A DNA stretch of 63,194 bases, counting the filler, from Lenisia limosa (taxonomy: Eukaryota > Protista > Breviatea): the NCBI GenBank assembly GCA_001655205.1. It is 10 parts of 10 records of this genome, joined end to end, with 100 filler letters (N's around TTAATTAATTAA, not from the genome) between each part and the next. Parts side by side here need not be neighbours in the genome. Positions count along the whole stretch, not along the records: positions 48,172 to 54,222 come from LPNZ01004547.1; positions 54,323 to 58,415 come from LPNZ01002667.1; positions 58,516 to 61,002 come from LPNZ01009527.1; positions 61,103 to 63,194 come from LPNZ01001042.1; 6 more parts are not named here. The stretch is one strand, 5' to 3'. Under the pieces are notes generated by a model. The model was given only the letters and a program-made list of their open reading frames with translations, had not been told where the DNA came from and searched no databases. The position numbers were made by a program, and so were the translations under genes. Below are positions 51,301 to 61,734 of this stretch, in pieces. Position 1 is the first letter of the stretch, and each line of letters starts with the position of its first letter.

Positions 51301-54196
51301 TCATGAAAAAACTGATGACAAAATTTTTCGGTATCATTACATCTTGATGATAATGAGGTAGAGGATGAATGAAAACTAAAACCGAAGTTTTTGTCAGCAA
51401 AGTCCACCATCTTTTTTTAACCTCTATATAACCTTGCTTTTATCAAAATACTCNNNNNNNNNNNNNNNNNNNNNNNNNNNNNNNNNNNNNNNNNNNNNNN
51501 NNNNNNNNNNNNNNNNNNNNNNNNNNNNNNNNNNNNNNNNNNNACTGCAGGAAGAGAGGAGGTGGATGAATGCGTTGGTAGTACTGACTGAGCTAAATAT
51601 TCCCTCTGTTGTTATGTTCTCCTAACATAGGCGTTTCGTGACCCTTGGACGATCACCCTTGTCTCACCGTAAATGTGAGGCTCCCAAGTAAAATTCTTTT
51701 TTTTTTTTTTTTCTTGTATGTATGTATGTCGGGTCGGGGGAGACGGTAGGTGAGGCTGCAGAACTCCTGCATACAGACCTCACCGGGTATAAGCCCACAG
51801 TGAACCAGGTGGGTTAAACTGTGCAGTTAACTCCCTCAGGTGAACAGTGACAGTTTGCGCTGCTGATTGCCAACATTCACACCCGAAGAAATTCCATGAT
51901 GAGTCTGTATTGGTCTCCTTTTGTTCATTTCTTTAGGGTCGAATATTACCGTCGCGAAAGCCCAGAGCAAGAGGCATTTAGATGCCAGATAACAGCTTTC
52001 AAAGTTTTGTTTTACAGAAGAACTGCGAGCTGTGAAAGCCACCTTTCTTCTAGTACTCCGAAAAAGTAATGCTAAATCACCCAAACAAAAACATCAGAAA
52101 TATAATATTTATTCGAAATTGGGAAATCCGAAGACAAAAAAACAACGTTTTTAAATGAACATTATTGGTTAAAGATTTGATGAGACCCGCATGGAAGGAT
52201 GTCTCACGTTAAACTTATTTAATTATGGCAGACTATAAAAAATATCAGTGAAATATAACAAAGAAACATGGAACTCTCACATTATACCAATTTGAACTAC
52301 GAAATTCCCCCGGACTTGCCGATCGTTTCGTGGAAGATCTTTCTGAGTTCATGGGTGATAACTTGTCGGTTACAAAACGCAAAGTTTGCGGCGCAATTCA
52401 TTGCTGGGGGGTGAGTAAAACTGCTGGGAGGGAAATTCATCACATGTATCAAGTGAAGTCTGGTAGACAAATGAAAGACTGCCTACTTGGGCTTCACTTT
52501 GGTTCGAAAAAAGACTGAATTTCTCGATAAATCCTCGAAAATTATAGATATTTTACCATTCTTTTTCGAACCGAAGTGAAGCTCTACCGCCTAACTTATG
52601 GTGTGAAACAATATCATTAGCAATAAGGAATACAAATAACTAGGTTTGTATCTCGCCGAAGCAAGATTTATTGCTGTTTTGAAGCATTCTGATGACTCNN
52701 NNNNNNNNNNNNNNNNNNNNNNNNNNNNNNNNNNNNNNNNNNNNNNNNNNNNNNNNNNNNNNNNNCTCTAGATATTATACACGGGGTAACACACCTCCAA
52801 GGTACTTCTGGCCGAGAGTTGAGTCAATGGTGGCATACGCAAGCATTTTGTCATTAATAACCGTGCCGGAAGAGCCCATATCCTAATAAGGTAAGTGTGA
52901 TGTCCTTACAAGGTGAGTGTGATGCCCTAATTAGGTAATAGTACAGTGTATGCGGAAAAAGGGGGTTAGAAAACCCTCCACCACTCCCACCCTCTCCATC
53001 AGACACACGAAATCTGTGGCCACTTGATGCCCAAGGCCCCGTGACCCCACGTGCACCATTATGCAGACCTGTGAGGTAAATAAAAATAATATCATATTAC
53101 ACCCTCCTATAACCATGTAACACTGATGGTGAAACATCGTTATGTAGAATTGAGAAATAACAAAGGGTGGCAGTGGCCGAATCCGTCCACATCATCATAG
53201 ATACTGTATAGCATAATATCCATTCACCCCATCATTACAACAAGACACAGCTTTCTACTTGACAATAATGAGTTTTATCCGACCATTCATTATCAGCATC
53301 ATATTAAATAGCAGGAGAATATCCCCATTCATTATCAGCATCATATTAAATAAGAGAATATTTTATGATATTTTTTATAATAAGGACTATTTGGGGGTAG
53401 CAACACGCACCTTGCCCTTCTCGAGACCCATGGCTTTCGCAGATTCGTCGCTAAACACCTCGTCCACAACCTGGGGAATTTATGAAATAAAAAAATCCCA
53501 AAATCAACTCCGGCAAGAAATACACGAGGATTGAAAACAAAACAAACATTTGCTTCTGCAACAGCCCCACAGTGTAAATGAAAATATATATTATTATATA
53601 GATTGGGGTGAAGAGTGGGGGGGGGGGTAGAAAAGAATTAGTGTCNNNNNNNNNNNNNNNNNNNNNNNNNNNNNNNNNNNNNNNNNNNNNNNNNNNNNNN
53701 NNNNNNNNNNNNNNNNNNNNNNGGAAAAACGTGACATACCTGGACTTCAGCGTAATGGTTTCCTGCACCAATGGAGCATAGCTGAGCATGTCAAATGAGT
53801 GACGAGAAGAAATTTAGAAATAAAGCAAAGTAGTATCTGGCAGGAGCCGTCCACAATATCAAAAATAGAAAACCCATTTCAGACCACTTCTGGTCCGAAG
53901 AAGATTCACAGCATTTATCGAGAATTTATTGAGAAAGTCAGTCTTTGTTTGGACCGAAGTGAAGCCCTAGTTAACCACCCCTCATTTCAGCTTATTATTC
54001 CTACTTAAGGCTTCACTTTGGTTACAAAAAAGACCGAATTTCTTGATAAATCCTCGAAAACTATCGATATCTTAACGGTCTTCGAACCTGGTTCAGACCA
54101 CGCATTTCAGCCCTTTGAGACACGTGTTCGATTTCGGCGTCTTCCAAACGACCTTCATCCTCGCAGTTCAACTTGTCCTCTTCCCAGCCAAGGCCT
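48309..54196 (-). CDS. RTCB: RNA-splicing/tRNA ligase RtcB (partial, both ends missing)
   Basis: Exons read [19 protein letters not shown] / [14 protein letters not shown] / [19 protein letters not shown] / [10 protein letters not shown] / [10 protein letters not shown] / [11 protein letters not shown] / [16 protein letters not shown] / GQPVLVGGS / [10 protein letters not shown]. Confidence 0.95.
49427..49526. mobile_element. hAT-type MITE (about 97 bp, TIR TAGGGCTTCACTTCGGTTCGAAAAA), representative of about 20 copies
   Basis: TIRs are near perfect and flanks cccctcag / cccctcgg form an 8-bp TSD (7/8). Other copies start near 17260, 22586, 24498, 26339, 29413, 29833, 31987, 34340, 39976, 41270, 41708, 43124, 49117, 52488, 53880, 54005, 58944 and 60676. 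Confidence 0.88.
49741..49868 (-). repeat. TIR-less intronic repeat family ending in poly-C at the splice acceptor (family B; sister family A shares the TTTTAC-polyC end)
   Basis: Gene-sense consensus B is ..GCTGCAGAAGC..GTCAGCCAACAGAGTTGATTTGGGCTTTTTTGTTTCATAAATTTTCCAATTTTAC(C)n. Consensus A is ..CCAATATTCTTCATCGAAATTTCCTTCGTTTTAC(C)n. Copies lie at about 4455, 5255, 5955, 7990, 16225, 18590, 20330, 20500, 20950, 22120, 30105, 33480, 33590, 34090, 48385, 49875, 53472 and 60420. Confidence 0.8.
50100..50645 (+). pseudogene. Degenerate tyrosine recombinase (integrase-like) reading frame inside an RtcB intron
   Basis: [23 protein letters not shown] from 50161 has the catalytic Arg box. After a frameshift come [10 protein letters not shown] (catalytic Lys turn), SIRSIQR and LNSCRSVF (H-x-x-R box with H>N). 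Several in-frame stops. Confidence 0.65.
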
Positions 54197-54323
54197 TTGG
54201 GGTTATTATGAGAGGGGGGGGGNNNNNNNNNNNNNNNNNNNNNNNNNNNNNNNNNNNNNNNNNNNNTTAATTAATTAANNNNNNNNNNNNNNNNNNNNNN
54301 NNNNNNNNNNNNNNNNNNNNNNT

Positions 54324-57300
54324 TCTGACCATCCCGAAACATGACGTGGCGCCACTCGTACGCCACTGCACTGAGCGGATGAGAAGCCTGATCCCATCCG
54401 ACACTGAGGTTGGCAGCAACTGGAGGGCTAATTCATGGTTCTGGATTTCTGGATTATGTATTCGGCACGTTTGACGGAGTTTTTTTAACAGCAAGAAAAT
54501 ACATGAATACAAATAATACGTAAGGACCATGAAACATAATAGTGATAGTTTTGACATGACAGGCCGGCGGCATGCGTCCAGCCACCACGCGCCAACGTGA
54601 CGCCACTGAGAGCGAGGTTGGGATGGCTGCTGAACTGATTGTTATGAGAGATATTAATTTGTACCAAATCACGCAAGTTACCAGTAAACTCCGCATACTG
54701 TTGATTTTTTGAACTTAATCCCTTGAATATGCATATCATATCATGTACTGTATGGTTTTTGAAGAGCTGATCTTAATGAACGCCACCCAGATCAGACTTA
54801 AATCTAGAAAGTCAACAATTAATATTGTGAAAAAGGAACAGCGCTAAAATATTGTACTTAATATAAATGTTCAGATGGCCCTCCGTCGATACAACAGCCG
54901 CCCCATCCGACAGGCTAAGATAGCAGCCCGGCTCATGGCCACGGTGGTGGTCATCTTCTCGGTCCTTGTCATCTTTGCCGCTACGTCTCATAGTGGGGGG
55001 GGGGGGNNNNNNNNNNNNNNNNNNNNNNNNNNNNNNNNNNNNNNNNNNNNNNNNNNNNNNNNNNNNNNNNNNNNNNNNNNNNNNNNNNNNNNNNNNNNNN
55101 NNNNNNNNNNNNNNNNNNNNNNNNNNCTCTGGATCGCCATATCTTTGCTGTCTTGATGACGGAAAAATTGTCACCTGTGGAACACTGACTAATGTCTATA
55201 TTCTTCTTCACCCTCACCTTTACTCCTTTACCAGTGATGCTGGTTAGCACGCGGCCTGTCCTGCACCGGCTTTCGGACAGTTGTCACCGAGATAGCGCCG
55301 TACAGCGCGCTGACGTGTTCCTTTGCGTATCGCTCCACCCCAATATGGACCGTGTCATAACAAACATGACACAAGGTTGGCTCTACCAAGGGTATTTTTC
55401 TCTTCGATACCGAATCTACGAATTTCTCAAATGCATAGACCTGGCAACCCCCCGAAAAACGCTGTCATCCGAAGTCAACCGAGCCATGAGCCACCATCGC
55501 CATCTTGCGGCTACGCCACAAACAGACACAATCAAATCAATGTTGTTCTCTTCCGAGGGGCTTGTCGGAGTGTTGGAAGGTGGGAACCGCTTGTCAGGTG
55601 TAACAGAGTATCCTAATTATATTCCTCTATCACTTGGGTAATTCACATCAACACTCATGTAGTAAGCTTCATCTCAGTATCCATGCGGGACTCAAATTTA
55701 TACCAAAGAGTGATATAGTTCATCCTCAGGTCATCATTGAAATGCCTTCATCCTAACAATATTGAGCAATCAGTCTTTATTGTCGTTACCCCCCAGACCA
55801 CAAAGCCCAATCGAACATGAGACAGTTCAACGGCCTTCACGACCTTATGGCATCCTGGGCGGTCAGCGCCGATGCCGTTCTCAATAACTCTAATACCGGT
55901 ATGGTGGGCTAGTAGTTGGATAATAAATAATCCATCGTGGGGGAGGAGTCAAATGTTCAACAGAACCCCACATGTTCACAATAACCTCCATTTGGTAACC
56001 TCCATATGTCCTTTGGTCCTCACGATTCAGTTACTTTACTGCCCGCCTTTACTGAGAGAAAACCTTCCAAAACAGTCTCGTAAGAGGGGGGAATGCCGAG
56101 TGCTTTTTTTTCAGAAAATCAACAGTCTTAATGCAACAAAGTGCCTAATAATTAATGCATTATACAAGATAAGTCTTAGATGAACAACCCTCACCCCCAG
56201 GTCCATTTCAAGCACGCAATGGGCCCTCAAAGCAGCCGATTTTGGTCTTTTCGACACCGTCGCCGCCGCCACCAAACTCCGCTTCAATGCCGCCATCAAT
56301 ATGACGGACATGGTATGGGGGACGGGGATCGATCAAAAAAGCATAATTTTGATCTCAACAAACACGAAACACAACGTAACTCTCCTTCTCAAGTGATTTA
56401 TAACAGGTGATTTCATGGGTGCATGCGGGGAGTGTGGGCTTCCTAGGTGTTCTTCTTTTGGTGTGGTTCCTGTGGATTTTCCCCCTCCTCAGCCTCCTCA
56501 GGGAACAGGCTGACCTTACCAGGTGGGTGGNNNNNNNNNNNNNNNNNNNNNNNNNNNNNNNNNNNNNNNNNNNNNNNNNNNNNNNNNNNNNNNNNNNNNN
56601 NNNNNNNNNNNNNNNNNNNNNNNNNNNNNNNNNNNNNNNNNNNNNNNNNNNNNNNNNNNNNNNNNNNNNNNNNNNNNNNNNNNNNNNNNNNNNNNNNNNN
56701 NNNGGCTTCTTGTGCTGATTCCGGATAACTTGGCTCTTTCAGTGCCCACATTGAGGTTTGTACAGACGTCTTAGTATAAAACATCAAATGCGATATGAAA
56801 CAGATATGTATGGCTCGATGTCATATCACATTGCCTCAAATCTTCTTACTATTCTCTAATCCCCCAGAGCCTATCTTGAACATGGCGAAGTACATACCAA
56901 TTTGATTGACCATGCCCTTGAGGTGTGTTAATACAATACAATCTTGGATAAAATGCGCTTCTGTATTATTGCTGACCATATTTACCTTAAGCGTAAACAA
57001 TGTTTTAGTAGTGTACAAGATGGTCCTTTTCCAAAATCTGAAGCGTAACCAGTTCCCTTCCATGTCAACGGCACCTGTTTTGATTATTTCCATAGAACAT
57101 TGAAGTCCAAACCGACCAAATCATGGAGAGTGTCAGAGACGTTGTCATTGTAATTCGCTCCGATGGTATAATCACTCGATGCAACAATGGTGAGAGGGCT
57201 GGTCTATTGAGTAAGGGTGTAAATCCATTACAGAACAAATAAGTAATGTAAAGTATTTAATATCATACTAGTATTATATGACATTTCATATGTAATAATA

Positions 57301-58415
57301 TATAATTATAACCAATAAAATACACACACAGCCAATTTGCCGGAAGTTATTTAATCCCCCCCCCCCACAGCAACTTCCAAGGTTTTTGGCTGGTCCAAGG
57401 ATGAGCTACTAGGCGAGAACATCACCATCATCATGCCCACAAAACACCGTGTAGCTCATACCGAGGGTCTCAGGAAGTACCTTGAGACGGGTGGGAGGAG
57501 GGGGACTAACAGAGATTGTGTCAACGAAAAATCGAGTAACACCAGATAGAGATGTGGAACTCGAGTAAAACCAGATAGAGATGTGGAACTCGAGTAAAAC
57601 CAGATAGAGATGTGGAACTCGAGTAAAACCAGATAGAGATGTGGAACTTGAGTAATACCAGATAGAGATGTGGAACTTGAGTAATACCAGATAGAGATGT
57701 GGAACTTGAGTAATACCAGATAGAGACGACGTGGAAAACTACATGGCCAAATTTGACATTCTCAGGAGAAAAGCACATTATCAATACTCGAGCGCGCTTT
57801 GAGGGACTGAAGAAGGATGGCTCTTTGTTTCCGCTCGAACTGAGCATCAGTGAGCTCAGACAGCACCAGGAAAGGTAGGGTCAAATCGTGAGCAAGTGAG
57901 AAACATTGGGAGGGAAAATGCCTCTTTTTATGCTTGCAAGACGTTACCTCTTTGGGATTTTTTATCTTCCCATTTAACGGTTTCAGAGCATTTGTGGGAG
58001 TTATCAAGGACATTTCGACACAAATCCACGAGGACTCCCTCCTCAGGTTGACAATACTTGCGGATTCTAGTTTGATTTCGTCCATTTTATCTTTTTTTTT
58101 TTTATTGGCTACTTTATAAAGACTCATAATAGCACATTTGGGTTCTTTTTTCACCCCCTCCTCTAGGGCACGAGAAATCCAAACCCGTGCCATTATTGAG
58201 AGTACTCTTGACGGAATTGTGACGATCAACAGTGACTGTATTATCATGGTGGGGAAGTGTAATATACGTAAAAAATGTATTTGTAGTAAATCTGATTCAG
58301 CGGGATGATGATGCAGTTTTAAATTGCTGATGGTAAAATTGATGAAGGAAATACTGACTTTCGTGGATTGTGGTTATTCCTGACTTTTCAGACTGTCAAC
58401 CCTGCCGTAACCAGG
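54324..58415 (+). CDS. Membrane protein with TmcB/TmcC-like helical region and at least two PAS domains (partial)
   Basis: TM-like exons read ARLMATVVVIFSVLVIFAA and GFLGVLLLVWFLWIFPLL. PAS1 reads DQIMESVRDVVIVIRSDGIITRCNN/KVFGWSKDELLGENITIIMP..H..LRKYLETG/EKHIIN..GLKKDGSLFPLELSISE/FVGVIKDIS. PAS2 begins RAIIESTLDGIVTINSDCIIM/TVNPAV. Confidence 0.82.
57540..57727. repeat. About 30-bp intronic minisatellite, about 6 copies
   Basis: (ACCAGATAGAGATGTGGAACTCGAGTAAA)n inside the PAS1 intron, no spacers. Confidence 0.92.
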
Positions 58416-58832
58416 NNNNNNNNNNNNNNNNNNNNNNNNNNNNNNNNNNNNNNNNNNNNTTAATTAATTAANNNNNNNNNNNNNNNNNNNNNNNNNNNNN
58501 NNNNNNNNNNNNNNNGCCAGATACAACCTTATTTTATTTTTTTTATTTCCCATTGCGATACATACATATACCACAGACACATGTATATTATCATACTATT
58601 GTAGGGGAGTTGGAAGTTGAGAGGGGCAACATTCTGGCTTGACGTGGCTATTCACCGCATTCATATGATATATAAAGCTTGACTCCCGGTTCCGGTTCTC
58701 GATTCTGCCGGAACCAGGAAGAACCGGTCAATTTTCCGGTTTTCGTTTCTTAGTTTTTGAAAATCGAGTTTCGGTTTCGGGATATACATCTGTTCACATG
58801 TTTAATACCATCGTTGACTGACCCACCCCCCC

Positions 58833-61002
58833 AGGAACTGGTTGAGGCTTGCTTGGAGTCTCTAATCTACGAAATCATTTCTGAGGGTAAGCAGGTCATA
58901 TACCAAGAAAGACTAATGTTTCTAGTTAGCAAGTCCTCTTATCTAGGGCTTCACTTCGGTTTAAAAACTGAATTTCACAATAAATCCTCGAAAACCATCT
59001 TATATATATTTTATCAGTATTAATGAAATTCTATGAGAACCAATCTATTCATGTAACACCGCAGTTTCAAGCGACATTGGAAGCATACAGGAGGGCCCGG
59101 TGTCTGCATTGAGGAAGCCCGCCAAGGTTATTGTATAGTTAATTGTATTATGTAATTTATGTGTTATTGTGTCACTGTTGCCAGGGCTGTTTCCTTCAAT
59201 AAGATACATACAGAGTAAATATACAATAAAATATATAATAATTTGGACAACATTATTTTGGGTAATTTCCATCAATGCACTCGGCAACATAGCATCAAAC
59301 CACTCCAGAACTGCTCAGCTGTGAGCCTCAGGTCGTATAAGGTAAGAGATATATACACCCCATGGTTCAGAGTGGACAGGCTGGCGCTGGCGCAGCGCCG
59401 TATCGCCCCGCAGCCCCACACTTGCACTTGCCCGTTACTTATCACCACCAACCGCCCTGCACCACAACAACAAATTGCCGCCAAAGCCAAAGGGAGATGA
59501 ACTGGTGACAGTACATATTCGCTACTTTAGTAAAAATTATCCTCCTTGAGAGTTGGAAGAGAACAGATCAGGAAATAGGTAAGAGGCGAGAAATAGGAGA
59601 CTTTACTCCCAAAAATCCCCACACCTTCCACTTATTCACATCATTTATCATCTGGCTTGTCTAACCAGTCTAACTTTGTTTACACCCCTTGGTCTGACCA
59701 AGGAGGAATATATATATATACATGAACTTTATACACCTTTTTTACACCTCAAGGTCTGATGCTCCCGTTGGGGTGGTAAAGCTGAAGGCTTCACAGGCTT
59801 CCTCTCAAATAGCGTAGGGGGGAGTGTTGTTTTTTTTTGTTTTTTTTTTTTTNNNNNNNNNNNNNNNNNNNNNNNNNNNNNNNNNNNNNNNNNNNNNNNN
59901 NNNNNATGAGACTTCTTCTTTACACATAGTGTGACAGTAGTCGTGTTTTTCTTTTAATTTGAAAGACAACAACAACATGGACATGATTGACGCTCTAGCA
60001 CGAACAATGTCGAAACCGATCTTTTCTATCCCGTTCACGGTAAGATGGCTGTTCGGCCCTATCTTGGAGGTGTATACTGTGGGCGGGATAAGTCTTGACC
60101 GATTTTTCTTGAGAAATCGGTCAAGAGTTCTCCCGGCCAATCCAGAAGGTGCTGGAGGGTTTCCCATAATCATTAACATGAATTACATAACATAAGAGCT
60201 ACATAGCAACAAAACTGGTCATTAATATGGATTACATAGTGAAACAAAAGGAGGTACATGCCAACAAAACGAACTGCATAAAAGACTTGGTGAACGGAGT
60301 TTTCTTGTTGTCAAAAGCTTCCCACAACTCATACCAATGATACGCTCAAGCTTGTCCTTTCACGTTCTACTGTCACATTTCTTTCTGACTGGCCTGGTCT
60401 TCGTTTGTTTTGTTGTTATCAACCCTTGAGCCATCAGAGTTGATTTGGGGTTTTGTTTTGTTTCATAAATTTTCCAATTTTACTCCCCCCTCCTCCCCAT
60501 ACCACGAGTTTGGCTTCCTCCTAACTTATCACTACGGCGCATCGACTTGGGATTCTTTTGATAACGGTGGAATTCCCGTATTTTACATGGAATCCCATGA
60601 AATTTTCTGGGAATTCGAAGAAATTTATATGATTTCCAAATAATAACCGGGAATCCCAAGTCGATGCGCCGCAGTGTTGGGCTTCACTTCGGTTCGAAAA
60701 AGACCGATAAAATATCGATATTTATCGAGGATTTATCGAGAAATTTAGTCCTTTTTTGAACTGAAGTCAAGCCCTACATCCGTGGGTTCGTAACTCTGTG
60801 ATAGAGAAATACTAATTCACCCAAGACTTGGTGTACGGGTTTTCTTGTTTTACTTTTTATTTTTTTGTTTTCTGGAACCAGTTGTTTGTCCTGAGTGTTA
60901 GTTCTGATGCCGCTTATGTCACACATCACTGGATTCTGTTCACCCCCCCCCTCCCCTCCCCCTACAGAAAGCGGAGCCAACTACATTCGATATCTCAGCT
61001 GA
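58833..61002 (+). CDS. Unidentified multi-exon gene fragment
   Basis: Splice-bounded open segments ELVEACLESLIYEIISE, DMIDALARTMSKPIFSIPFT, NELHKRLGERSFLVVKSFPQLIPM and KAEPTTFDIS. Confidence 0.4.
60529..60676. mobile_element. CACTA/CACTG-ended MITE abutting an hAT MITE
   Basis: CACTACGGCGCATCGACTTGGGATTC .. GAATCCCAAGTCGATGCGCCGCAGTG, 26-bp TIR with one mismatch. Confidence 0.7.
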
Positions 61003-61734
61003 NNNNNNNNNNNNNNNNNNNNNNNNNNNNNNNNNNNNNNNNNNNNTTAATTAATTAANNNNNNNNNNNNNNNNNNNNNNNNNNNNNNNNNNNNNNNNNN
61101 NNATTTGGCTTTTTTTCACAGATAGAGGAAAATTCACAGATATATGGACGGTGTGATATATACTACTACTATTACAATTATATATTGTATTATATCGAAT
61201 GGAAGTGGATGCATTTAGGGCTAGTAAGATCTGTATTATAGTGATGTTAATAGTAATATAACAAATGTAGATAACGGAAAGACATACGCCAGGTCCTCTT
61301 CGCAATATAGCAAAGATGCATGTTTGGGTGATGTTTCGTCATCTTTTGTTGAGGTTTGTTTGAGTAGTGTTTTTGAAAACGGCTTATTGCCAAGCGGGTT
61401 CTTTGATAATTGTTGTTCTTTTGTACCCCCCTATGAAGCTCAACTCACCACCCAATATCAAAATTATCCCTGTAGAGAATATATATGTACCTCATTATTT
61501 TTTTGTTCGATAGCCTCACACCAACCCAGGCGCATACAAACCTGCAGGGCGTAACTGCTTCGGTGCACTGTAACTCTTATGGCAGCTGCATCTTCTTTAC
61601 CAGTATGTGGAGAGACTTTTTTGCAGATCAGATTAAATATTAAACTCTTCCATTGTAGTTGACATATCTTTGATGTCTTTGATGTTTAGTTTCTTTTTTT
61701 TAATTTCTTTTTCACCCCACCTCTCTCCAGCCTC

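Noticed and set aside
13606-61102. Repeated TTAATTAATTAA motif, and any gene-neighbourhood argument across it (for example cyclase with PAS protein, or RtcB with PAS protein)
   Set aside because: It is an artificial 100-nt scaffold linker, so adjacency across it has no biological meaning.
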